From Armatimonadota bacterium (lineage in GTDB: Bacteria > Armatimonadota > UBA10988): a stretch of 44,483 bases of DNA. A program made the translations under genes and the position numbers. Shown piece after piece: positions 36,598 through 44,483 of the stretch. Under the pieces are notes generated by a model that was given only the letters and a program-made list of their open reading frames with translations, was not told the DNA's origin and did no database searches. Positions within the stretch are counted from its first letter, which is position 1, and each line of letters begins with the position of its first letter. The stretch spans positions 1-44,483 of the forward strand of contig JACRKZ010000172.1 in NCBI GenBank assembly GCA_016235455.1. The letters are read 5' to 3'.

Positions 36598-37354
36598 AGC
36601 AGTCTCGCGTGGGCAGACCCGCGCGTGCCCGCAAGGCGCGGTCCGCCTCGGTCAGGCTGCGCATGTCACCTATGTCGTACCACAAGCCGTCGAACTCAAA
36701 CGCATGGACCGGCACTTGCCGGTGCAACCAGGCGATGAAGTGGCCCGGCGCGTCCTTGTTGTTGCCTTCGGCCAGGTACTCGCGCACTCGCGGCACGTCG
36801 ACCCGGCTGAACAGATAGCAGCAGATGCCGATGAGATCGGTGGTCGGCGCTTCGGGCTTCTCGGCGAAGGCGGTGACCAGGTGGTTGTCATCGACCTCCA
36901 CGGTCGAGTACTGGGGGATCAGCGAGGCGTCGGCGAAATGGTAGGTGACGATGCTCGTGCCGTGTTCGAGCTGGAAGGCGCGCAGCGCTCTCATGTCGAA
37001 GTCGAACAGGTTGTCGCCGGCCACCAGCAGCAGGTCGTCGTCGATCGCGGCCTGGTCGATCACCCACTCGGCATCGCCGATGGCGCCGCGCCGGTCGGCG
37101 TTGTCGAAGGTGCCGTCGTTGTAGACCGACACCGGTATGCGGTCCGACCAAGTCTCGGCCCAGCGCTGGAAGTCGAGGTAGAAGCGATCGTTGGCCACGA
37201 CATGCAGGCGAGTAAGCCCGTCGAGGGTCAGGATGCGCTCGGTGATATGGTCGATGAGCGCGCGCCCGCCTATGGGCAGCAAGGGCTTGGCGCATGTCTG
37301 CGTCAAGGGATAGAGCCTTGTGGCATAGCCTGCCGCCAGGATCAGTGCCTGCAT
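36581..37354 (-). CDS. Sugar-phosphate nucleotidyltransferase family protein
   Basis: ILAAGYATRLYPLT...KPLLPIG, AGDN, EKP, WYDIG; GAGGAGG SD. Confidence 0.9.
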   Translation of the reverse strand: MQALILAAGYATRLYPLTQTCAKPLLPIGGRALIDHITERILTLDGLTRLHVVANDRFYLDFQRWAETWSDRIPVSVYNDGTFDNADRRGAIGDAEWVIDQAAIDDDLLLVAGDNLFDFDMRALRAFQLEHGTSIVTYHFADASLIPQYSTVEVDDNHLVTAFAEKPEAPTTDLIGICCYLFSRVDVPRVREYLAEGNNKDAPGHFIAWLHRQVPVHAFEFDGLWYDIGDMRSLTEADRALRARAGLPTRDCYELEP

Positions 37355-37370
37355 GTGTCCTCCTCGCTAG

Positions 37371-39050
37371 CTAACGAACCCGCGGCGCGCCCGGCTGCGT
37401 GTTGACCACGGCGCTCGCGCCCACCCAGCCCCGGCGCGCTTGAGTCACGCCCAGGTGCATGTTACCCAACTGCGCCGTGCTATGCGCGTCGGTGTTGACC
37501 GCCAGCGCCACGCCCCGGCGCACCGCCAGACGCGCCGTCAGGTCGTCCACGTCGAGGCGCTCGGGCGCACTGTTGAGCTCCAGCGCCACGCCGTGCGCCA
37601 GGCACGCGGCGATGACCGCCTCGGCGTCGTACTCGTAGCCCTCACGGCGGCCCAGCAGCCGGCCCGACGGATGGCCCACGATGTGCACCACGCCGCTGCT
37701 GACAGCGCGGATCAGTCGCTCGGTCATCTGCTCGCGTCCCTGGCTCATGGCCGAGTGCACCGAGGCTACCACGATATCCAGCTCGGCCAGGGCGTCGAGC
37801 GCCAGGTCGAGGCTGCCGTCCGAGAGGATATCGACCTCGACACCGGCCAGCAGGTGCACCTCCGGCACCTCCTGCTGGACGCGGCGGATCTCCTCGCGTT
37901 GCGCCCGCAGCCGCTCCTCATCCAGTCCCTTGGCGATGGTCAGCGCCTTGCTATGGTCGGTGATGGCCAGGTAGTCGTAGCCCAGGTCGCGTGCCGCGGC
38001 GGCCATCTCGGCGACGGTGGCCATGCCGTCGCTCCAGCGCGTGTGGCAGTGCAGGTCGCCGCGAATATCGCCCAGCTCGAGCAGGTCGGGCAGGGGGCCG
38101 GCAAGCTCGCCGCGGTCCTCGCGCAGTTCCGGCGGGATCCAGGGCAGGCCCAGCGCCGCGTAGACGCCGGCCTCGTCGGCGCCGGCGACCACCTCATCGG
38201 TGTCCAGGCGGCGCACGCCGTACTCGTTGACGGTCAGGCCCAGGTCGCGGGCGCGTGACCGCACGGCGACGTTGTGCGCCTGGCTGCCGGTGAAGTACTG
38301 CTGCGCGGCACCCCACGACTCGCGCGGCACCACGCGCAGGTCGGCGTTGAGCCCGCTGGTCAGCCGCACGGTGGCCTTGGTGGAGCCGGCCAGTTGCACC
38401 TCCGCCACGGATTCGTGCGCACAGAAGGCTGCGATGGCGGGCCCGGAATCCTCGGCGCAGACGAGCAGGTCGAGGTCCTTGGTAGTGTCTCGCCCGCGGC
38501 GCAGACTGCCGGCCAGGCAGGCTTCCTGAACACCGTCCGCGGCGCGCACGGCGGCCAGCAGCGGCTCCGCCTGCATCAGCGCCACGATGCGCGGCACCCG
38601 CTCGCGGCCCGCGCGCCACAGGGCGATATTGGCCAGCAGGTTCTCTTCGGTCTTCGCGCCGAAGCCCTTCAGCGGTCGCAGGCGGCCCTCACGAGCCGCC
38701 TGCTCGACGGCGTCGATGGTCTCGAGGCCCAACTCCTGCCACAGCCGCCGCGCTGTCTTGGGGCCGAGGTCGGGCACCTGCAGCATCTCCACCAGCCCGG
38801 CGGGGATCTCGCCAAGCAACTGCGCCTGTAGGGCGCAACTGCCGGTGGTCAGGATTTCGGCGATGGTGGCCGCCAACGACTTGCCGATGCCCGGCAGCGT
38901 GGCCGGGTCGACGCGGTTGAGGTCTTCGGACAGCCCGCGCAGCGTGTTCACCGCGCGCTGATAGCTGCGTACGCGGAACTCGTCGGCGCCCTGGAGCAAC
39001 AGCAGATCGCAGACGTTGCCTAGCGCCCGGATGACATCCTTGTTGGTCAT
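37371..39050 (-). CDS. polX: DNA polymerase X with PHP domain
   Basis: HhH motifs, GSLRR...KDLDLL, DLR, YFTGS..HN; PHP motifs DLHCHT..SDG, TDH, GHP, TDAH. Confidence 0.95.
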   Translation of the reverse strand: MTNKDVIRALGNVCDLLLLQGADEFRVRSYQRAVNTLRGLSEDLNRVDPATLPGIGKSLAATIAEILTTGSCALQAQLLGEIPAGLVEMLQVPDLGPKTARRLWQELGLETIDAVEQAAREGRLRPLKGFGAKTEENLLANIALWRAGRERVPRIVALMQAEPLLAAVRAADGVQEACLAGSLRRGRDTTKDLDLLVCAEDSGPAIAAFCAHESVAEVQLAGSTKATVRLTSGLNADLRVVPRESWGAAQQYFTGSQAHNVAVRSRARDLGLTVNEYGVRRLDTDEVVAGADEAGVYAALGLPWIPPELREDRGELAGPLPDLLELGDIRGDLHCHTRWSDGMATVAEMAAAARDLGYDYLAITDHSKALTIAKGLDEERLRAQREEIRRVQQEVPEVHLLAGVEVDILSDGSLDLALDALAELDIVVASVHSAMSQGREQMTERLIRAVSSGVVHIVGHPSGRLLGRREGYEYDAEAVIAACLAHGVALELNSAPERLDVDDLTARLAVRRGVALAVNTDAHSTAQLGNMHLGVTQARRGWVGASAVVNTQPGAPRVR

Positions 39051-39084
39051 GGTTCCGACAGTATGCCACCGTCGGTCGGGGATC

Positions 39085-40023
39085 TCACAGCGGATCGCCC
39101 GCGGCTGGCCAGCCCGACTCGTCGAAGGTCAGCGGACAGATGCCGAGCTTGGCGCGCCCGCGGTCCGTCGCGTCGTAGTAGTGGTGGACCAGCCACCAGC
39201 GGTCACCATCGGCCAACACGGCGTTGTGGCCCGGCCCGACACGCGTGCCGGCGCCGGCCAGCACCAACGTGCCGCCGCCGTCCAGCATCGGCCGTCCCGC
39301 ACGGTCGACATAGGGGCCGGTGGCCTGTGCACTGCGGCCGACCATGATGCGGTAGGTGCTGTCGACGCCCTGGCAGCACAGGTCGAACGACACGAACAGG
39401 TAGTAGAACGCGCCGCGCCGGACGATGAACGGCGCTTCGACGGCGCCGGCGGCGTCGGGCCGGCGGGCCAGACTGAGCAGATCTGGCGCGGCGGGGTCGG
39501 CCAGCCCGGTTGCGGCATCGAGGCGACGCAGCTTGATGCCTGTCCAGAACGATCCGTAGGCCAGCCAGTGACGCTGCTGCTCGTCGATGATCAGGTTGGG
39601 GTCGATGGCATTGTGGTCGTCGCCACGCCGCGATTCGGTCACCAGGCCACGGTCTTCCCAGCGGTAGGCCGGGTCGGCCGGGTCGAGCGCCCGGTTGACC
39701 GCCAGGCCGATGCACGAGCGGTTGGAGCCGAAGGTGGAGACGGAGTAGTAGAGGCGGTACTCATCGCCCACACGGCTGACGTCGGGCGCCCAGAGCCAGG
39801 TGGCGCCCGGCACGGCGGCGGACGCCCAGGCGGGCAAGCGGTCGAAGACCCGGCCGACCCGCTCCCAGGTGACCAGGTCGCGCGACCGGCGCATGGGCAG
39901 GCCGTCGCCGGTCGAGTAGAGCCAGTACCAGTCGCCCGCGCGGATCACCGCCGGGTCGTGCGCGGCGTAGTCGCCTTGCAGGGCCAGACAGCTCAGTCCC
40001 AGCAGCAGCGCACCGGTCAGCAT
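39085..40023 (-). CDS. GH43 glycoside hydrolase, arabinan endo-1,5-alpha-L-arabinanase-like
   Basis: HDPAVI, WAPDV, YYSVSTFGSN.S.IG, NAIDP, GSFW.GI, EAP, GPGHN; short signal-like N-terminus. Confidence 0.9.
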   Translation of the reverse strand: MLTGALLLGLSCLALQGDYAAHDPAVIRAGDWYWLYSTGDGLPMRRSRDLVTWERVGRVFDRLPAWASAAVPGATWLWAPDVSRVGDEYRLYYSVSTFGSNRSCIGLAVNRALDPADPAYRWEDRGLVTESRRGDDHNAIDPNLIIDEQQRHWLAYGSFWTGIKLRRLDAATGLADPAAPDLLSLARRPDAAGAVEAPFIVRRGAFYYLFVSFDLCCQGVDSTYRIMVGRSAQATGPYVDRAGRPMLDGGGTLVLAGAGTRVGPGHNAVLADGDRWWLVHHYYDATDRGRAKLGICPLTFDESGWPAAGDPL

Positions 40024-40090
40024 CCAGGTCTCCGGGCGGCCAGGCGCGCGGCCGACCACCACGTGCCGCCCCTACGCGTGTTGGCGCCGC

Positions 40091-42661
40091 TCAGCGCTTG
40101 GTTTTGTGCAGACAGACGCCCGCCGCCCACAGCTCCTTCGTGGCCGGGTTATAGCGCAGCACCAGCGGCTTGCGGTAGCCAGTGTCGCCGGTGATCTCGG
40201 TCCAGTTGGTGCCGCCGTCGGTCGTCTCGTAGATGCCGCCGTCGTCACTGCCGTCCCACGTGCTCGCCGAGAACCAGAGGCGCTGCGGGTTGGCCGGATC
40301 GGTCTCGAGGCCGACGATGACGCGGCCGCTGTCAGGGAAGCGGGTCAGTTGCTTCCAGGTCGCCCCGTGGTCGGTGCTGCGCCACAGGTTCTTGCCGGGC
40401 ACGTAGATGGTTCCGTCGGCGGCCACGTGCAGGTTGAAGACCCAGTAGTCGTTCTTGAACACGTTTTGCCAGGTGGCGCCGCCGTCCTCGCTGCGCCAGA
40501 CACCGCCGTTGTTGCCACAAGCGCCCCAGAACAGCCGCTTGGCGTCCGTCGGATCGACCGCCAGACCAAAGAACATGCGCCGGCTGCCGGGCTGGCCGGG
40601 CAATGCCTTCCAGGTCAGGCCGCCATCCTCCGAGCGGAAGATACCGCCGCCCGGCTTGCCGTCGGCCGGGTCGCCGTCGATGCCCAGGTAGAACACCTTG
40701 GGGTCCTTGGGGTCGACAGCCAGGGCGCGCGGATAGCCCGTGCCCCACATGGTGTTGGCCGAGGGATTGCTCGCGGGCAGCCCGGCGGTGACACGCTGCA
40801 CGGTCTTGCCGCCGTCCTGGCTGACCAGCACGCGGTTGGGCACCGAGTCCCACGGGCTGCAGGTGGCCACGATGTGCTGGCCGGAGACGGCCAGGCGCCA
40901 GTTGTGCCCGCTCATCTCCTTATCCCACTTGGCCGGCCACAGCGCGCGCCAGGTGCCGCCGTTATCCTCGCTGACCAGCGTGCCCTCGTCCATGGCCGCG
41001 GCATACACGCGTCCGCCGTCGAAGCGCACGTCGTAGACGCACGAGATGTCGGCGCCGCGAGCGCTCTCGGCCCAGGTCCGGCCGCCGTCGCTGCTCATCG
41101 CCGGCCGCCAGTTGGCCGCGATGAACAGCTCGTCGGGGTTCTGCGGGTTGAGCGCCAGGTTGCGCGGCGCGCTCAGGTCGGCCGTCGGCGTGCTGTCGCC
41201 GGGCAGCGTCGGATTGGCCGTGTGGTCCACGGTCATCTTGCTCGATTGGGTCCACGTCTTGCCGCCATCGGCCGACCAGGCAAAGGCGCCGCCCCAGCCC
41301 ACGGAGCCGATCAGCGCTACGCGGTTGGCGTCCTTGGGGCTGATGGCCACCTCGTTGACCGAGAGCCCCTTGGGCAGGCTGGCGGAAAGGTTCTGCCAGG
41401 TGGCGCCGCCGTCGACCGACTTGTGCAGGCCGTCGGCGCCGAACCCGCCGTAGATGATCCTGGCATCGCTGGGGGCGAAGGCCACGGTCGTGGCGCGGGT
41501 CGGCGTGTTCAGCGCGCGCCAGGTGGTGCCGGCATCGCTGCTCAGCAGCAGGCCGCTGTCGTCCGTGGCGGCGATGACCAGCTTGGGGTCGGTGTCCGCC
41601 ACGGCGATGGCCTGCACCGGCCCGCCTTGCGCCGAGCCCAGCCGCAGGTTGCCATAGGTCTGCACGCTCTTGTCAGCGAACGCGCGCACGACTTTGACGC
41701 CGGCCGCCGTGGCGTAGTAGAAGCGCGTGAACTTGCCCACGGGTGCCGCGTTCATCAACGGGCCGACGCAGACGAAGTCCAGCCGGTTGACCTTGGCCCA
41801 GTCGGGCCCGGTGTAGGCCTTGGCGGCGTCGGGGTTCTTCTTGGCCCAGTCAGGATCGAGTACGAAGTCCTTGGGGGAGAGCACGATCTCGCCCCACGCG
41901 GTCTGACCGAACACGTCGCGCAGGTTGCGGCTGCGGTAGGAAACGCCGGCACTGTCCTTGAGCGTCAGGAAGCAGTCCTGGGGGATCGTGCCGTCACCGC
42001 GGAAGCTCAGGCCGAAACCGGTCACGTCGGCCGCGGCCAGGTCCTTGGGGAAGGCGAACGGCAGCCAGAATCCGCCGTAGTAGTCCTGGTTGACCTTGCC
42101 GAACTGCACGCGCAGCATGTCGGCCGGATCGCCATCGGCCGCCTTCTGCCAGGCCACGGTCCAGCTCTCGCCGCCGTCGCCGCTGCGGTAGATCTTGCCA
42201 GCCGGGCTACCCGCGTAGAGGACCTTGCCGTCGCGCGGGTCGACCGCGATGCAGCGGGTGCTCTTGCCCTTCTCGCCGGTGATACGCAGGTCGCGCGGGC
42301 CGGTCTTGGGAAGGAGCTGCCAGGTCTTGGCGCCGTCTGTGCTCTTGCACAGCCCGCCAGCCGTGGCGGCATAGACCGTGTCGGGCGCGGTGCGGTCGCA
42401 GGCCAGCGAGAACACGCCGTAGTCGACCAGCCCGTTGTTGACCAGGCGCCACGACTTGCCGTGGTCGACGCTCTTGTAGACGCCGGTCACGTCACCGCCC
42501 ATGTAGACGGTGCCGTTCTGCGTGGGATGGAAGGCCGACGAGTAGAAGAACCCGCCTCCGCCCCAGCCACACCAGTCCCAATGGACCGGCTCCGCTGCCG
42601 CCGCGGCGGATGCCGCCGCCGTCACCATCGCCGCCAGGATCAGCCATCGACATCGCGCCAT
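40091..42661 (-). CDS. Secreted BNR/Asp-box repeat double beta-propeller protein (GH74/sialidase-like) with inserted domain
   Basis: 856 aa; signal peptide; many SxDxGxxW repeats; N-terminal GWGGGG...GGDVTG; GAGG SD. Confidence 0.8.
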   Translation of the reverse strand: MARCRWLILAAMVTAAASAAAAAEPVHWDWCGWGGGGFFYSSAFHPTQNGTVYMGGDVTGVYKSVDHGKSWRLVNNGLVDYGVFSLACDRTAPDTVYAATAGGLCKSTDGAKTWQLLPKTGPRDLRITGEKGKSTRCIAVDPRDGKVLYAGSPAGKIYRSGDGGESWTVAWQKAADGDPADMLRVQFGKVNQDYYGGFWLPFAFPKDLAAADVTGFGLSFRGDGTIPQDCFLTLKDSAGVSYRSRNLRDVFGQTAWGEIVLSPKDFVLDPDWAKKNPDAAKAYTGPDWAKVNRLDFVCVGPLMNAAPVGKFTRFYYATAAGVKVVRAFADKSVQTYGNLRLGSAQGGPVQAIAVADTDPKLVIAATDDSGLLLSSDAGTTWRALNTPTRATTVAFAPSDARIIYGGFGADGLHKSVDGGATWQNLSASLPKGLSVNEVAISPKDANRVALIGSVGWGGAFAWSADGGKTWTQSSKMTVDHTANPTLPGDSTPTADLSAPRNLALNPQNPDELFIAANWRPAMSSDGGRTWAESARGADISCVYDVRFDGGRVYAAAMDEGTLVSEDNGGTWRALWPAKWDKEMSGHNWRLAVSGQHIVATCSPWDSVPNRVLVSQDGGKTVQRVTAGLPASNPSANTMWGTGYPRALAVDPKDPKVFYLGIDGDPADGKPGGGIFRSEDGGLTWKALPGQPGSRRMFFGLAVDPTDAKRLFWGACGNNGGVWRSEDGGATWQNVFKNDYWVFNLHVAADGTIYVPGKNLWRSTDHGATWKQLTRFPDSGRVIVGLETDPANPQRLWFSASTWDGSDDGGIYETTDGGTNWTEITGDTGYRKPLVLRYNPATKELWAAGVCLHKTKR

Positions 42662-42745
42662 GTGAACACCTCGGGTTGACCGTTGGCCAGTTTGCCATTG
42701 GCGTGAGGTTGTGTCCAGCCCGCATGGCGTGTCGTGGCGCGACGG

Positions 42746-42853
42746 GCTGGTTCGTTGTACCGGCTTCAGCCGGCGCTCCGCGCGGTCCTCATGCGCAGAC
42801 CCGACCTGCCCAGACGTTCCGCTTGCCGGCTGAAGCCGGTACAACGAACCAGC
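42746..42853. repeat. Perfect 29-bp inverted repeat (REP doublet-like)
   Basis: GCTGGTTCGTTGTACCGGCTTCAGCCGGC at 42746-42774 and its exact reverse complement at 42825-42853; each arm contains the near-palindrome CCGGCTTCAGCCGG. Confidence 0.85.
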
Positions 42854-42855
42854 GC

Positions 42856-43926
42856 CTACGCCTCGTCGCTCTCCTCACCGCACCGGCACGGCAGGATCCA
42901 CCTCGGCCGGCGGATGAACGGCCCACCGTGGAAAGTTTGCTCACACATGCCGCGGCGTTCCTGATGGTCGAAGCAGCTTCGCATGCAGCCGCGCGAACCC
43001 TCGATGGCGTAGCTGCCGGCACCGGCGCCACCGCCCCAGCGCATGATCTCGTTGTGGCCTTCCACCAGCAGGCCCGAGGGGTCTTCCTCGGTGCGGCGCC
43101 AGGCGGCGAACGTCGGCGGCCAGCAGATCTTGTAGGCGGCGTCCTCGGTCACATCCTGCTTGGTGACGTCGAACTCCCAGCCGGGCAGCGTCTTGTGCAG
43201 GAACGGCGAGACGCGCGGGTCACCGCCGTGGAAGCCCAGCGTGCAGCGGCCCATGTGCACATCGCCCCACTCGAAGGTCTGGTCCTCGATCTGGATCCGG
43301 ACCACCTGGCCCTCGCGTTGGTGCGGGATGGCATGGGCCTGGCAACCGCCGACACAGGCCATGCAGCGGTCGCACAGCGTGCCCATGGGGATCAGCGGGT
43401 CGGGCTCGATCTCGGCGTCGGTCAGGATTGCCGCCAGCCGCACGCGCGGGCCAAACTTCTTGGTCAGGAAGACCTTGGACCAGCCCATCTCGCCCACACC
43501 CGCGGCCACGCCGGCGATGCGGATGGCCAGATGCACGTTCGGCGCCACGGCGCCCGGTCGCAGCGTGCCGTCGGGCGGCTGCGTCTCCGGCACGCCGGGG
43601 TAGTAGGGCACGGCCTCGTAGCCGTGGTCCTCGATGAAGCACGACGTCTCGTAGGTGCCCACGGGGATGAAGAAGCTGTTGAGCAGGCCGTGGTACCCGT
43701 AGTAGGTGTAGGTCGGCCAGTAGGTGCCTTCCTCGATACCGCGCCAGTTGCCGCGCACGATGCGCCGGGCGACGACGATGACCGAGCGGCAGTTGGGCAT
43801 GATGCTGGCCGGGTGCATGCGCTCGGGCGCGCCGGCGAACCGCTCGATGTTGGCCACGCCCACCAGGTCCAGCCCGTTGGCCAGGGCCATGTCGACCATG
43901 GCCTGCTTGTTCAGCGGGGTTGGCAT
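42856..43926 (-). CDS. QueG/reductive-dehalogenase-superfamily 4Fe-4S protein
   Basis: DLVGVA...P..IMP.CRSVIV, AGVAAGVGEMGW...FGPRVRL..ILTD, CDRCMACVGGCQ, C-terminal CMRSC; GGAGG SD. Confidence 0.75.
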   Translation of the reverse strand: MPTPLNKQAMVDMALANGLDLVGVANIERFAGAPERMHPASIMPNCRSVIVVARRIVRGNWRGIEEGTYWPTYTYYGYHGLLNSFFIPVGTYETSCFIEDHGYEAVPYYPGVPETQPPDGTLRPGAVAPNVHLAIRIAGVAAGVGEMGWSKVFLTKKFGPRVRLAAILTDAEIEPDPLIPMGTLCDRCMACVGGCQAHAIPHQREGQVVRIQIEDQTFEWGDVHMGRCTLGFHGGDPRVSPFLHKTLPGWEFDVTKQDVTEDAAYKICWPPTFAAWRRTEEDPSGLLVEGHNEIMRWGGGAGAGSYAIEGSRGCMRSCFDHQERRGMCEQTFHGGPFIRRPRWILPCRCGEESDEA

Positions 43927-43927
43927 G

Positions 43928-44482
43928 TCACACCTCCGGCTGCAGGCTGGGCTTGCCGTTGACGTCCATCTGCCACGCGGCCCGCTGGCGGAACGGCGCG
44001 GCGAACGTGTTGGTCACGCGACCGGCCTGCTCCAGATGGTGAATGCAGGTGCGCGTGCACAGCGCGCCCAAACGGTCGGGCAGGCCGGCGGGATGGCTGG
44101 GGTTGGGCCGCGCGCCGTTGCGGCAGGCGCGGCAGGTACCATACTCGATGTTGGCCACGGTGTAGGACAGCGCTCCGATGGTGACCAGCTTCTCGCCGGA
44201 CATGGCGTCGAGCGGGCAGGTCTCGGCGCACTGGCCGCAGCGGTCGCAGACGGCCTGTTCGAGCTGCGGGCTGGGGTCGAGCACGGCGTCGGTGAGGATC
44301 ATCTGACAGCGCTGGCGCGGGCCGAAGCGCGGGGTCAGCAGTTCGCCCGACCAGCCGATCTCACCCAGCCCGGCCAGCACCGCGGCGGCCTGCATGTCGA
44401 CCATGACGTTGGGCGGCGGCAGGTCGGGCTTGACGCGCACGCCCGACGGCGGAGTCTGCGGCGGCAGGTCCTGGATGGGCAC
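43928..44482 (-). CDS. QueG/RdhA-superfamily 4Fe-4S protein, 5' end outside the window
   Basis: AAVLAGLGEIGW...RFGPRQR...ILTD, CDRCGQCAETCP, CRAC, CTRTC. Confidence 0.75.
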   Translation of the reverse strand: MPIQDLPPQTPPSGVRVKPDLPPPNVMVDMQAAAVLAGLGEIGWSGELLTPRFGPRQRCQMILTDAVLDPSPQLEQAVCDRCGQCAETCPLDAMSGEKLVTIGALSYTVANIEYGTCRACRNGARPNPSHPAGLPDRLGALCTRTCIHHLEQAGRVTNTFAAPFRQRAAWQMDVNGKPSLQPEV

Positions 44483-44483
44483 G

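Noticed and set aside
37371-39050. PolX as a catalytically dead variant
   Set aside because: DxD, the third Asp and the PHP metal ligands are all present

Overview
High-GC bacterial chromosomal window, mostly core genes. The combination of a TonB-dependent receptor (diderm envelope) with a Bacillus-type large SRP RNA in tRNA-ffs-dnaX-ybaB-recR synteny, pdxS/pdxT and PolX-PHP suggests a diderm Terrabacteria lineage such as Armatimonadota; this is an inference, not a search result. In order: acs, DUF151, MscS-like, an FG-GAP/LamG protein, a beta-barrel protein, CpXC, era; a cobalamin-riboswitch-led tonB/btuB/beta-propeller lipoprotein operon; pdxT and pdxS split by two small ORFs; a phosphodiesterase; a TM-less PilC/GspF-like protein; recR-ybaB-dnaX; SRP RNA and five Ser/Arg tRNAs; a complex I-like operon nuoA-CD-H-I-J-K-L-M-N with no nuoB or nuoEFG; moeA, TPR, nucleotidyltransferase and polX genes; GH43 and BNR-repeat proteins; and two tandem QueG/RdhA-like Fe-S proteins at the right edge. 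The most unusual signals are an in-frame TAG inside an otherwise complete LamG domain, the nuoB-less nuo operon with modified NuoH and NuoI, the soluble PilC-like protein, the BtuG-like B12 uptake arrangement, a tRNA spacer made of four hairpins, and REP-like repeats. No CRISPR array, integrase or transposase is visible. All family assignments come from motif recognition only.
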